A stretch of DNA of 64,000 nucleotides, from the NCBI GenBank assembly GCA_049325335.1, contig JBMOMC010000044.1:128001-192000 (forward strand), in the 5' to 3' direction. Below the pieces are notes generated by a model. The model was not told the DNA's origin. It did not search any database and saw nothing but the letters and a program-made list of their open reading frames with translations. This DNA is from Nitrospirota bacterium (lineage in GTDB: Bacteria; Nitrospirota; Nitrospiria; 2-01-FULL-66-17). A program made the position numbers and the translations under genes. Positions 10,159 to 21,490 of this stretch are shown here, piece after piece (position 1 is the stretch's first letter; the number at the start of each line of letters is the position of its first letter).

Positions 10159-11006
10159 GACGAGGACCCGTCCGCGCGAACCACCAGGGCGACCCACTCC
10201 CCGGCCGTTCGCCGGTGAGCCACGCCGAGTCCATGAGCCGCGAGCGAGGCGGCTACGTCGGCCGCACGCGTCTGGAGTATCCCAGAGAGGATCATTTCTC
10301 CGACGGGCCCCACGCGTTGCGCGATCTCGGGCATTAGCGTGATCAGATCATCCGCGGTCAGGTTCGCCACGACCACGTCGTACCGGCCGAGTCGTTCCGA
10401 CTGCCCCGCGGCCACGACCGACACCGTCTCCGACGCCTTGTTGACCGCCACATTGCGGATCGCGGTCTCGCGCGCCAACGGGTCGATATCACACGCGGTC
10501 ACTCGCCCCGCGCCCAACTTGGCCGCGGCGATCGCCAGGATGCCCGAACCCGTGCCCAGATCGAACACCGTGGGCCGATCTCCCCGCTGCAATCGTTCGT
10601 CGAGCGCCTCCAGGCACATCCGCGTGGTCTCGTGATGCCCGGTGCCGAACGCCATCTCGGGATCCAGGATCACCACCCGCTCGCCTGGCGCCTCGGCATG
10701 TCCGCGCCAGCTCGGGACAATGGTCAGACGCGGCGTGACGCGCAGCGGGGTCACGCTCGCTTTCCACGTCGCGATCCAATCCTGATCGTCCACCGGCGAA
10801 ATCACGCAATCCCCCTGCCCAAGCGATACCGCCATCCCATCGAGCAACTCTTTGACCGCTCTCGGGTCCGACGCCGCCGGAAAATACGCCGTGATCCACC
10901 CCGGCTCAGACTCCCACACCCCCGCGCTCCCCCGCGCAATCAACGCCTCGCCGAGGATATCGGCGAACTCCGGCTTGATGCGAAGCGAAATGGCGATCCA
11001 GGACAT
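10155..11006 (-). CDS. prmA: Ribosomal protein L11 methyltransferase
   Basis: DQDWIATWK, DPEMAFGTGHHETT, DLGTGSGILAI, LSGIL. Confidence 0.93.
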   Translation of the reverse strand: MSWIAISLRIKPEFADILGEALIARGSAGVWESEPGWITAYFPAASDPRAVKELLDGMAVSLGQGDCVISPVDDQDWIATWKASVTPLRVTPRLTIVPSWRGHAEAPGERVVILDPEMAFGTGHHETTRMCLEALDERLQRGDRPTVFDLGTGSGILAIAAAKLGAGRVTACDIDPLARETAIRNVAVNKASETVSVVAAGQSERLGRYDVVVANLTADDLITLMPEIAQRVGPVGEMILSGILQTRAADVAASLAAHGLGVAHRRTAGEWVALVVRADGSSS

Positions 11007-11160
11007 GTCAGGTTTTTTGGTGTTGTTGCCTTAACCGTGTCCGAGGTTACCGGGCACGGAACCTATCCAGGAAGGTGTCGGATGCCCCTTCGGGGACGTC
11101 AGTCGTTTGTTGCTTTTTTTGAGACGGCCCGCCGGTCGGAGTGAGGTGTCCCACCGTTGG

Positions 11161-11580
11161 TTACGGGTCCTCCGGTCGAGCCCGCTGTCCGATCGAGACA
11201 TTTCCGCCAGCCGCGATGCCGCCTCGGCCCGCGGCGATCCCGCCGCGATCAGCCGCCGCGCCGCTGCCGCGAACGCGCGGACTGCCCGGCCTACCGTCAG
11301 CCAGCAGCTTCAGCAGCGCCTCGGCCTGTCGCACAACGGCGTCTTCCGTGTCCGCGCCCGACTCCGTCAGCGCTTTTTCCATGGGCTTCTGCCACGTGTC
11401 GGGTTCTTTCTCGTGTTCAGCGAGCACGACATCCGAGTTGGGCGTGCCCGCGAAGCGCCGTTGAATGAGCGATTTGAGCCCTTGGTAGGCGTCTTTGATC
11501 GCGGCGCTCGCGGTCTCCTTCCCCGCTGCCGCGTCGCCGGCCGCGAGCGCGGTGACAATCGTGGTCGTGATCGGTTCCAT
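11161..11580 (-). CDS. Bell-domain (bacterial HeLo-like) protein with a C-terminal Gly/Ala pseudo-repeat amyloid-type motif
   Basis: MEPITTTIVTALAAG..AIKDAYQGLKSLIQRRF..HEKEPDTW, then GSGAAADRGGIAAGRGGIAAGGNVSIG; ATG 11580 with RBS GGAGG. Confidence 0.7.
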   Translation of the reverse strand: MEPITTTIVTALAAGDAAAGKETASAAIKDAYQGLKSLIQRRFAGTPNSDVVLAEHEKEPDTWQKPMEKALTESGADTEDAVVRQAEALLKLLADGRPGSPRVRGSGAAADRGGIAAGRGGIAAGGNVSIGQRARPEDP

Positions 11581-11599
11581 GGAGGGTCCTCCTGTTCGC

Positions 11600-11908
11600 T
11601 CAGGGTGTGCGCGCGGTCCCATAATCCCGATCCAGGGTGCAGACCTGAATGCGGTACTCCGAAAAAAATTCGTCGCGACCGCGCTGGCGCGCCACCCGGT
11701 GTTCCGGGTGGTCACGCCACGCGGCAAGGGTTTCGGGAGATTGAAACTCCACGATCGACACGTTTTCGCCGTCGGCCGCCGTGAAGTCCTTGTACGAGAT
11801 GCACCCCGGCATCACTGAGGCGAGTTCGTACATGCGTTCGCCCAGTTTTAGGAGCGTGTGTTCATCAACCCCTTGGCGTAATCGGGACCTGAAAACGACG
11901 ACCACCAT
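11600..11908 (-). CDS. ABM-family (antibiotic biosynthesis monooxygenase-like) protein
   Basis: MPGCISY...AWRDHPEHRVARQRGR...YRIQVC. Confidence 0.85.
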   Translation of the reverse strand: MVVVVFRSRLRQGVDEHTLLKLGERMYELASVMPGCISYKDFTAADGENVSIVEFQSPETLAAWRDHPEHRVARQRGRDEFFSEYRIQVCTLDRDYGTARTP

Positions 11909-12006
11909 ACATCGCGTCCTGGTTGACGTTCCTAACCGGCAGGTCGTCGCAACCGTGCGCGCCGCTTATAACACGGGCCGCCCGACGTGTGCAACGCGCG
12001 GCGTTC

Positions 12007-14952
12007 CTACCGCGTCGTGCCCCCGACCACGCTTCCACCATACACCGCGGCCACGATCGACCGGGGATTCCACGGATCCAATGCCACGGACACCACCGGG
12101 CCCCGAGCCGCCACGCCCGCGACCTGACTCCAGGTCCGGCCGCCGTCGTTCGTGGTGAAAACGCCGTTGGGCGTCCCGGCCACGACCGCGGCCGGCAGTT
12201 GAGGGTCCACCGCCAAACACAACACGGGCAGCGACGGTTCAAGGCCCGCCGACGTCCACCGCGCGCCACGGTCCAGGCTGCGATACACGCCGGTGGGTGT
12301 GCCCGCGTAGAGCGTGGTGGGTATGCGCGGATCGAGCGCCACCGCGTAGACCGTGCGGTCCGGCAAGCCCGCAAGCGCGGACCATGTCGCCCCCCCGTCG
12401 TCGCTCCGGAACACGCCCCCGCCGCTGGTGCCCGCGTACACCGCGGTCGGACGATTATCCAACGCCGGGACGCTGGAGTCACCCGCGTCCACCGTCAGCG
12501 TGGTCACGCGATACACGTCGGCTCCGACCCTGGTCTCCGACCACGAGGCCCCGCCGTCGTCGGAGCGAAAAACCCGGCCGCCGAATCCGCCGGCGTACAC
12601 CATGCGCGGGGATCGCGGGGTCACGGCCACGGCAAATACGCGGGGATCACTCATCCCGTCGGTGTGCGCGGTCCACGTCGCGCCGTTGTCCGCGCTGCGA
12701 AACACGCCGTATGGAGACCCGGCGTAGACCACCTCGGACCGGCTCGGATCCACGGCCACCGCGGTGGCGTGCATCAGGCGGACGTCGTCCGTCATGGATT
12801 GCCACGTGCGGCCGCCGTCCGCGCTTCGCCGGATTCCCCACCCGTTGCTTCCGGCCGACCACAGGATGCGAGGCGTTCGCAGATCAACCGCCAACGAGAC
12901 CCCGGCCGGAACGCGGATCGTGCCGGGCGAGGAGACGGGATCGGTCGCGAGTCCGCCCGCGGCGGCGCACCCGTTCGCAAAGCCGGTTTGCCGCGGACAG
13001 GGATCGACCGCGTCCGGAAACCCGTCCTCGTCCGCGTCGCGCAGCCACGCCAACCGCTCCCCGTACGCCTCGGACGCGTTCACGCAGGCAAACGACGCGG
13101 CTTCCGACCCGTCCGGCGCGCGCACCGGCCCCTCGATCGCACAGGGCGCACGAAACAGCCATTCGGGGTTGAAGCGTTCCTCCCCGGTATCCTTCCCAGC
13201 TACCATGAAACGAGGAGAGATCGCGCCGTCACCGTCCAGGTCCGTGGGCAGGCGGTCGCTTTGGTAGAGCACCAGGCTTTGCAGAAACGCAATCAATGCC
13301 TCGCGATCGCGCTCCGGCGCGCGACGGTATCGCGAGGCCGCCGCTTCGGCCTCGCCGCCATGGCGGCGAATCACCTCGTCCAACGTGAAACTGGCGCCGT
13401 CGTGACCGTACGGCGCCGTACTCCCCACGCCCCATAACGGCGCGGAGCGAAACTTACTGACCTTGGCACCGTTAAACAACGTCTCGGTAAACGCCGGCCC
13501 CATGTCGTGGTGTTGAAAATCCGAGTATACGCCGCGAATCATTGCCGCCTCTCGTCGCGGCAACCAGCGCCCATCGCGTTGGTCCGCTAACACAGTCAAC
13601 GTGCCTTCAAGCCGTTCCGAGCGGTCCCAGTAATCGACCGACAAGTCAAAGAAACGCCGGTCCCCGTCATACCGTTGGTAGGGATCAGGCGCGCTCGGAT
13701 TCGCGGGGTCCAGAACCCAATCCGGCGTGTGACACGCGGCGCAGCCGAAGGTCCCGAACGCGACGCGCCCCTTGCGCGTCTGCGCCGTCTGCCGTCCCAT
13801 GCCGGGCGCGGGCGCATTCAGCATGTACCACTCGGCCAGATCCACGTCGCCTTCGGAAATTTCGTTGATCACGCCGTCCCCGTCGGGATCGTCCAGGCTC
13901 AGTCCCGCGTCGGTCAGGCGAAGGCCGCGATCCACCGGCGCGTGGATCGCGAACTGGCGCGCCCCCGCGTTGGACACCGCGGACAGGCCGTCGCCGGGGG
14001 CCTCGTCTCCGTGCGCGCCGTCGTCAACCTGCATCGTGGGATCGTACACCTGCATACCGCTGTGGGTATCGACCGGGTCGTTGAAAAAGACCCGCAGCGT
14101 CGGTGCCATCGCGCCTTCGGTCTCGCCCCAGCCGAATACCATCATTTCGAGGTTGTATCCCGCGACGTTTCCATCGCGCAGGTTGATGACGCCGTCGCCG
14201 TTGCCGTCTTCGGTCACGCGGCGTCCCGTCTCGTCCACGTACCAGACCCGAAATACCTTGTTCAGATCCGGCGCGCCGTTCCCGTCGCGGTCCCCGCACC
14301 ACCCGTAGTCGATAGGCGCTTGCCCCGGCGCCGGGACAATCCGAACCGGCTGATCCGGAACGCCTTGGATCGGGACAAACCCCCGACGCGACGGATCGCA
14401 CGCCTGCAGTACCTTGAGCCGCGTCTGCAACCCGATCATTTCCACCAAACCGCCGCCAAAGAAATGGGGGGCGTTCCGCCCCTCGCCGCTCCCTTTGGGG
14501 ATATTGCCGCCGGCGCCCGGCTCTCGGAACGGAATCGCGTGACACACCCCGCACGAACTGACGTGATCGCGGCCCAACCGCGGCGTCACGCGGTCCCCGA
14601 GCAGCTTGGGCTCAAAAAACGACCCCGCGCGGCCGAACGCGCCGTCGCGGGCCCGAAACTCCCGTTGCGTGAGGTTCTTGCCCCGCTGATAGGCGAGCCA
14701 GGGATCCTGATCCTGAAGATACCGCGACGCGCCTTCCTGCGAAGGATCGGCGCTGTGAACGACCCGGACCCGCTGATCCTTGATCGACCGCCCGGTCACG
14801 TCTTTCGCGCCGCGCAGGGTGCTGATCGACGTGCCCGGTCGCTCGGATAATTGCGCGTGCGCCAACGGCCCCGGAACCAGGCAGCAGGCGACCGCCAGGC
14901 CGATCCAGCGGCCGGCGCCCGTCAGCACTCCCGCAACCCGCCCTCGTATCAT
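12007..14952 (-). CDS. Exported di-heme DHOR-like oxidoreductase fused to an Asp-box beta-propeller
   Basis: Signal peptide; CGVCH and CAACH; APLWGVGSTAPYGHDG; several DxDxDG loops; six (S/T)xDxGxxW Asp-boxes. Confidence 0.8.
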   Translation of the reverse strand: MIRGRVAGVLTGAGRWIGLAVACCLVPGPLAHAQLSERPGTSISTLRGAKDVTGRSIKDQRVRVVHSADPSQEGASRYLQDQDPWLAYQRGKNLTQREFRARDGAFGRAGSFFEPKLLGDRVTPRLGRDHVSSCGVCHAIPFREPGAGGNIPKGSGEGRNAPHFFGGGLVEMIGLQTRLKVLQACDPSRRGFVPIQGVPDQPVRIVPAPGQAPIDYGWCGDRDGNGAPDLNKVFRVWYVDETGRRVTEDGNGDGVINLRDGNVAGYNLEMMVFGWGETEGAMAPTLRVFFNDPVDTHSGMQVYDPTMQVDDGAHGDEAPGDGLSAVSNAGARQFAIHAPVDRGLRLTDAGLSLDDPDGDGVINEISEGDVDLAEWYMLNAPAPGMGRQTAQTRKGRVAFGTFGCAACHTPDWVLDPANPSAPDPYQRYDGDRRFFDLSVDYWDRSERLEGTLTVLADQRDGRWLPRREAAMIRGVYSDFQHHDMGPAFTETLFNGAKVSKFRSAPLWGVGSTAPYGHDGASFTLDEVIRRHGGEAEAAASRYRRAPERDREALIAFLQSLVLYQSDRLPTDLDGDGAISPRFMVAGKDTGEERFNPEWLFRAPCAIEGPVRAPDGSEAASFACVNASEAYGERLAWLRDADEDGFPDAVDPCPRQTGFANGCAAAGGLATDPVSSPGTIRVPAGVSLAVDLRTPRILWSAGSNGWGIRRSADGGRTWQSMTDDVRLMHATAVAVDPSRSEVVYAGSPYGVFRSADNGATWTAHTDGMSDPRVFAVAVTPRSPRMVYAGGFGGRVFRSDDGGASWSETRVGADVYRVTTLTVDAGDSSVPALDNRPTAVYAGTSGGGVFRSDDGGATWSALAGLPDRTVYAVALDPRIPTTLYAGTPTGVYRSLDRGARWTSAGLEPSLPVLCLAVDPQLPAAVVAGTPNGVFTTNDGGRTWSQVAGVAARGPVVSVALDPWNPRSIVAAVYGGSVVGGTTR

Positions 14953-16589
14953 GGGACCCGTCCCTCGGTGATCACCAGGCGCTGATCCGCGATCACGCCT
15001 GGCCGTTGTTCGGTCGTCCCGCTCGGCCAGCGCACCGTGATCTCGTCCACGCGGTCGGCCGTGCCCAGGCCGAAGAGGAGCGCTCGTTCGCTCTGCGAGA
15101 GATAACTCGATCCGGTTCTGACCATCCGCGTTTGGGTCCGGCCGCCCGCGGTCACGCTGACCATCGCCCCGATCCCGTCTCGATTGCTCCCCGCGCCTTG
15201 CAATGTGACTCCAAGCCAGCGGTGTTTGGCAAGGTCATTGCGATAAAGCCGGGCTGGGCCGTTATTTTCAGTGAACACGAGATCGATGTCCCCGTCACGA
15301 TCGAAATCCGCGGCGGCAAGGCCTCGCCCCACGAAGGCAGCCGCCAACCCGACCATCGTCCCCACTTCGGTATACGCGCCGTCGGCGGTCCCGCGAAACA
15401 ACAGCGGCCGCTCGTGTTGTCGCGCGCCGCCGTCCAACACGCGCGCGAGTTCCGCGTCCACGTGCCCATTGGCCGCGATCAGATCCAAGCGGCCGTCCAG
15501 GTCCACGTCGGCCAGCGCCAGCCCGAACGTCAGGAAGGGCAAACTGGGGGCCGATACCCCCGTCTCGCGCGCGCGGTCGCGGAATCGCCCGTCCGCGTCG
15601 CGTTCGTAGAGCGTGATGCCTTCACCGATGAAATTCCCGACGGGCACGCGTCCGGCCGCGTCGTCCACGTCAACACCCATGCCCGCGCGGGCCATCCCGA
15701 ATCGCCCGGGCCATGGAGCCAGGGACTCGCTCAGGTCCTCGAACGTGCCGTCACCGCGGTTGCGATACAGGAAGTTGGGCATTTGATCGTTCGCCACGAA
15801 CAGGTCGATCCGCCCGTCGCCGTCCTCGTCGAACATGGCCGCGCCCAACGCCTTGCCTGGCTTGGAGAGGCCCACGCGTTCGGTCACATCCTCGAATCGC
15901 GCGCCGTCCACGTTGCGCAGCAAACGAGGGGCCGCCGGCGGGTACGGGTCCGGACCGCAAAACACTTTGACGCGGGTATCCAGCCGACAGACGCGGTCGG
16001 TTTCCGGCGTCCAGACCACGTAATGACACAGGAACAGATCCAACCGCCCGTCTTTGTCCGCGTCGAACCAGACCGCGCACGTGCTCCACCCTGTGTCCCC
16101 GACCCCGGCTTCGATCGTGACGTCACGGAATCGGCCGTCGCCCTCGTTGTGGAACAACGCCGTGCCGCCGTACCCGGTGAACACGACGTCCTCGCGTCCG
16201 TCGTTGTCGTAGTCCGCGGTCGCGCACCCCATCCCATAGCGGGACATGGCGAGCCCGGACCCGGCAGTCACGTCCTGAAAGGTGCCGTCGCCGCGATTCC
16301 GATACGCCGCAACGCCCGGACCGGACGACGCATCGTCCCAGGATCGGCCCGTGACGAACAGCAGATCCGGCAGATCATCCGCGTCAAGATTCGCCGCGCA
16401 CACGCCCGCCCCGAACGTTTCCGGATACCACGCGTTTCCGACGGCCCCGTTGACGTGTTCCGCGCGCACGCCGGAAGCCTGCGTCACGTCGACGAACCCG
16501 ACGAAGTCGTTCATCCGAACCTCCGGGCGGACACAGGCCGCCGCGGCCAGCAGCGGGATGATCAGCCGCGCGAGGCGTCGGACCGTCAT
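14949..16589 (-). CDS. CRTAC1/ASPIC-UnbV family FG-GAP repeat lipoprotein
   Basis: Repeated DxDxDGxxDL motifs, NRDGIGAMV...GSSYLSQS...FGLG...WPSG; start ATG 16589 (TAATG overlap), lipobox-like AAAC. Confidence 0.9.
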   Translation of the reverse strand: MTVRRLARLIIPLLAAAACVRPEVRMNDFVGFVDVTQASGVRAEHVNGAVGNAWYPETFGAGVCAANLDADDLPDLLFVTGRSWDDASSGPGVAAYRNRGDGTFQDVTAGSGLAMSRYGMGCATADYDNDGREDVVFTGYGGTALFHNEGDGRFRDVTIEAGVGDTGWSTCAVWFDADKDGRLDLFLCHYVVWTPETDRVCRLDTRVKVFCGPDPYPPAAPRLLRNVDGARFEDVTERVGLSKPGKALGAAMFDEDGDGRIDLFVANDQMPNFLYRNRGDGTFEDLSESLAPWPGRFGMARAGMGVDVDDAAGRVPVGNFIGEGITLYERDADGRFRDRARETGVSAPSLPFLTFGLALADVDLDGRLDLIAANGHVDAELARVLDGGARQHERPLLFRGTADGAYTEVGTMVGLAAAFVGRGLAAADFDRDGDIDLVFTENNGPARLYRNDLAKHRWLGVTLQGAGSNRDGIGAMVSVTAGGRTQTRMVRTGSSYLSQSERALLFGLGTADRVDEITVRWPSGTTEQRPGVIADQRLVITEGRVP

Positions 16590-16832
16590 TACGCGTGGTG
16601 GACGGCCGGCGTCGAAAACACGAGGCACGTCATGGTTTGAGTCACCCCGTCGATCGCGCGAATGTTCCCGAGGATCACTTCGCCAAGGTGGTTCAAGTCG
16701 TGCGCCGACACGTGTACGATGAGGTCGTACACGCCGGTCACCAGGTACACGCCTTTCACGCCCTCCATGCGGGCAAGGGTTTTATATGCGCTCTTGGTAT
16801 GATCTCCGGTCACATTCACCAACACAAACGCT

Positions 16833-16843
<11 letters not shown>
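16589..16843 (-). CDS. Stand-alone Lrp/AsnC ligand-binding (RAM) domain protein
   Basis: AFVLVN...VTGVYDLIV...IRAIDGVTQTMT; no HTH. Confidence 0.88.
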
Positions 16844-18087
<1,244 letters not shown>

Positions 18088-18095
<8 letters not shown>

Positions 18096-18624
18096 CCACG
18101 CCCTCCGGTTTAATCGCCACGAGCTGCGCCACGTACTGGCCCCCGACCAGGCCTTCGCGGGACGCGAGCGCGCGGAACCCCGGAAACGACGCGGCCAATT
18201 CTCCGGGTTGAAAACAGAACTCCGTCCGGCGCGGGCGGCCGAAGCGTTGCTGGTTCTCGATGGAAAACGTTTCGTACACGATCGCGCCACCGGGTTTGAT
18301 CGCGTCGCGGATCTGAGGAATCAACGCGCGGTCTAAAAAATAGAACACTGCGATCAGGTCGTACGCGTTCGCTGGAATGCGATACGTGTCCAGATCCGCC
18401 TGTTCAATCCGCACCGACAGCCCGCGGCGTTGCGCCTCGCGGCGACACGCAGCCACCGCGTCGGGACCGCGTTCGATCCCGTGGACGGTCCACCCCGCCG
18501 CGGCCAGATACAGGGCGTGCCGACCGTATCCCATCGCCAGATCAAGCGCGGTCCCCTTCGGCAAGCGGTCCCGGAACTCCACCAACAATGGCGCGGGCTC
18601 CGCCGCGTCGTGCGTATTCGTCAC
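18088..18624 (-). CDS. TehB-like class I SAM-dependent methyltransferase
   Basis: ALDLAMGYGRHALYLA, YDLI, KPGG; start GTG 18624 with RBS GGAG. Confidence 0.85.
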
Positions 18625-18651
18625 GAGACGCCTCTCCCCAAATATCCAGGT

Positions 18652-18778
18652 GGAGCCTGTTCGCGGATGCCCAGATGCAAGGCGGAGGGAGGACCTTGCG
18701 CGCGGAGCGTACTGGGTCGTACGTGAGCACGCAAGGCCGACCAACAACGCCGCAGATGGGCGTCCGTGGACAGGCTCC
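18652..18778. mobile_element. MITE-like palindromic element, copy 1
   Basis: 22-bp imperfect terminal inverted repeat GGAGCCTGTTCGCGGATGCCCA / TGGGCGTCCGTGGACAGGCTCC; shares CAACGCCGCAGATGG with the copy at 45550. Confidence 0.7.
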
Positions 18779-18960
18779 TACTCGCTCACGTCGATCGCCC
18801 GGCCCTCGCACGTCGGACACTGCGTGACGGGTAGTTGCGCGAGGATATCCGCGTACCGAAATTCGTGCCCGCACACGCGGCACGACAGGGCTTTGGCGGA
18901 ACACCATCCGCACAATTCACCCGCGCCAGTCGGCGCGGCGCAGGCACGGCACGTCGTCAT
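18778..18960 (-). CDS. 60-aa double zinc-ribbon protein
   Basis: Four CxxC motifs (CRAC, CGWC, CRVC, CPTC); ATGA overlap with the M48 stop; purine-rich RBS. Confidence 0.65.
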   Translation of the reverse strand: MTTCRACAAPTGAGELCGWCSAKALSCRVCGHEFRYADILAQLPVTQCPTCEGRAIDVSE

Positions 18961-20105
18961 CCTCTTTCTCCTTGGGCGAGCGAGGCCTGCACGTCGCTCC
19001 ACGCGACCGGTAAGGGATCGGTCGGCCACGCGCCCGCGCGCTCGATTTCCGCGCGCAGTCGATCCGCCCGATCCGCACTCATCGGGTGCGTGGACAACAA
19101 CGCGATCCCGTTTTCCTTCCCCGCCAATTTTTCAAAAAACGCCACCATCCCTTTCGGATCGATCTTGGCGCGTTGAAGTAATTTGACGCCCTCTACGTCC
19201 GAGGCGGTTTCTTGATCGCGACCGAACTTCAGGCTGCCCAGTCGCGAGGCCGCCTCCCCGACTCCCGAGAGCGGCCCGGTGCCGCCGAACAGGATTTGCA
19301 CCGTGGCGCTCCACCCCAACGAGCGGATCAACCCGTGTACGCTGTGGCGGAGCAGGACGTGCTGGACCTCGTGCGCCAACACCCCGGCCAGCTCTTCCGC
19401 CGACCCGGCTTCGCGGAGCAGGCCGGTGAACACCACCACGTGACCGCCCGGCACCGCGAATGCATTGACCTGGCGATCGTCGATCACGTGCCAGCGGAAC
19501 GTGTAGGGCGAGTGAATTTGCGCGGTGAGCCGATCGCCGATCGCGCGGACCGCCTCCACCGCCGGGCCCTCGGTCAATTCGGTCGCCCCGAGCGTGAGTT
19601 GGGCGAACGCGGACTCGCCGAGCTCTTGCTCCCACGCCACCGGCACCTGGTCCGCGGCCGCGCCCACGATGCGATCGGCCTGCCACCACAGCAGCCCCAG
19701 CACGAGGATCGGGCCCAGCGCGATCGCGACGATCACGGTCCACCCGACCCCGCTGGTCAACCGCCCGCGCCGCAAGACCGCGTCGAGTCGCCGGACCTCC
19801 GCGCGCAGACCCGGCGGCGGATTCGTGCGAACCCGCCCCGCTAACGCGTCGTCGTCCAACACCAACGCCCACCGCGCGTCCGGCTCGGACCACGTCAATT
19901 GAAACTGCGACCGCTCGAACCCGCCCGGTTCGATCCGAACCGCCTCGTAGGACACGGCGCGCTCGCGTTCCGATCCGGGCCACAACACCAACCGGTCGGC
20001 CTCGAGCGCGAATCCCACGCGCTCCCCCTGCGGCGCGAGGTCCGAGCCGAAACACAGACCCCTCCCCGTGTGGGTCGCGTCGGATGCGTCAGTTGTCACC
20101 GTCAA
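18957..20105 (-). CDS. M48-family metallopeptidase
   Basis: [29 protein letters not shown]; one TM after an N-terminal domain. Confidence 0.92.
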   Translation of the reverse strand: MTVTTDASDATHTGRGLCFGSDLAPQGERVGFALEADRLVLWPGSERERAVSYEAVRIEPGGFERSQFQLTWSEPDARWALVLDDDALAGRVRTNPPPGLRAEVRRLDAVLRRGRLTSGVGWTVIVAIALGPILVLGLLWWQADRIVGAAADQVPVAWEQELGESAFAQLTLGATELTEGPAVEAVRAIGDRLTAQIHSPYTFRWHVIDDRQVNAFAVPGGHVVVFTGLLREAGSAEELAGVLAHEVQHVLLRHSVHGLIRSLGWSATVQILFGGTGPLSGVGEAASRLGSLKFGRDQETASDVEGVKLLQRAKIDPKGMVAFFEKLAGKENGIALLSTHPMSADRADRLRAEIERAGAWPTDPLPVAWSDVQASLAQGERG

Positions 20106-20883
20106 GCAATCCGCCTAACCCGCCTAACAGTGATCCTTCCTCGCGGGCGCCGCCGCGTTGCGGCGCCGCCGCGTAGATCCGGTTGGCCAATCGCGACAAC
20201 GGCAAGGACTGCAGCCACACGCGACCGGGGCCGCGCACGGTGGCGAAGAACAGACCTTCTCCACCGAAGAGCGCGGATTTGATCTTGCCCACGTACTCGA
20301 TGTCGAAGTCCACCGAGCTCTGCATCGCCACAATGCACCCCGTATCCACCCGCAGCATTTCCCCGGGTTTGAGCGTGCGCTCGTGGAGCGTGCCGCCCGC
20401 GTGGACAAAGGCGAGGCCGTCGCCGTCCAGGCGCTGCATGATGAACCCCTCGCCGCCGAACAGCCCCACGCCCAACCGTTTCTGAAACGCGATCCCCACC
20501 GACACGCCTTTGGCCGCGCACAGGAACGAGTCCTTCTGGCACACGATGGTGCCGCCCAACTCGTCCAACTTCATGGGGATGATCTTGCCCGGATACGGCG
20601 CGGCGAACGCCACGCGCCGCTTCTCGCGCGCCTTATTTACGAACACCGTCATGAACAGCGACTCGCCGGTCAGCAGACGTTTGCCCGCGCCCACCAGCGC
20701 GCCGAATAGGCCCGGCTTGCCGCCCGACCCGTCGCCGAACACGGTTTCCATTTCAACCCCGTCGGCCATGTACATCATGCCGCCCGCTTCCGCGACCGCC
20801 GCCTCCTCAGGGTCCAACTCGATTTCGACGTACTGCATGTCGTCGCCGTAAATTTCGTAGTCAACCACGTCCATCCGTGCCAT
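20089..20883 (-). CDS. TIGR00266/AIM24-family protein
   Basis: [44 protein letters not shown]. Confidence 0.92.
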   Translation of the reverse strand: MARMDVVDYEIYGDDMQYVEIELDPEEAAVAEAGGMMYMADGVEMETVFGDGSGGKPGLFGALVGAGKRLLTGESLFMTVFVNKAREKRRVAFAAPYPGKIIPMKLDELGGTIVCQKDSFLCAAKGVSVGIAFQKRLGVGLFGGEGFIMQRLDGDGLAFVHAGGTLHERTLKPGEMLRVDTGCIVAMQSSVDFDIEYVGKIKSALFGGEGLFFATVRGPGRVWLQSLPLSRLANRIYAAAPQRGGAREEGSLLGGLGGLLDGDN

Positions 20884-21061
20884 GCCGGTCTCCTAACGGT
20901 TCGTGTATTCGCCATAAAGAGGAAGCCTCAGCTCCCTCGGTTTCGGAGAAGTTCATGATAGGACCGCCCTTGCGGAAAATCAATACGGCGGCATGGCGCG
21001 GGACCGCGGAGCCGCGCCGTCACGACCCGTTCGTCAAAGCCGTGTTACACTAGTCCCCGCG

Positions 21062-21484
21062 ATGAACGAACCGACCGCCCCCGACAACGACGCGGACTGG
21101 CCGGAGGAACGCCGGCAGTGGACCCGGGTCACCACCGGGCTTGACGTGCGCGTGGAAGCCGCCGGATTGACCGTGCGCGGACGGGTGCGCGATCTGAGCC
21201 TCGCCGGCGTGTACCTGTTCTGCGACCCGCCGTTCCCGAAGGGAACCGCCTGCAGCGTCACGTTGGTGCTGGTCGGCGCTGATCCGCCGCTCACCATTGA
21301 GCTGAACGGCCACGTGGTCCACGCCGAAACCGAGGGCATGGGCATCGAATTCACGGAGATGCCGGTGGACAGCTTGGGGCACGTCCGGAACTTGGTGCGG
21401 TACAACACCGAGGACTCGGACTTCGTGGAAGACGAATTGCAACGCCCGCCTTTCCCCAAAAGTCGCCGGCCCACTCAGGACTGA
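21062..21484 (+). CDS. PilZ-domain protein (c-di-GMP receptor)
   Basis: ERRQWTR (RxxxR), DLSLAG (DxSxxG), GMGIEF. Confidence 0.88.
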   Translation: MNEPTAPDNDADWPEERRQWTRVTTGLDVRVEAAGLTVRGRVRDLSLAGVYLFCDPPFPKGTACSVTLVLVGADPPLTIELNGHVVHAETEGMGIEFTEMPVDSLGHVRNLVRYNTEDSDFVEDELQRPPFPKSRRPTQD

Positions 21485-21490
21485 TCCCCG

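Noticed and set aside
11010..11125. SRP RNA, hammerhead ribozyme or a named riboswitch
   Set aside because: It lacks the SRP domain IV core and has CTGACGT rather than CUGANGA; kept only as an unassigned candidate.
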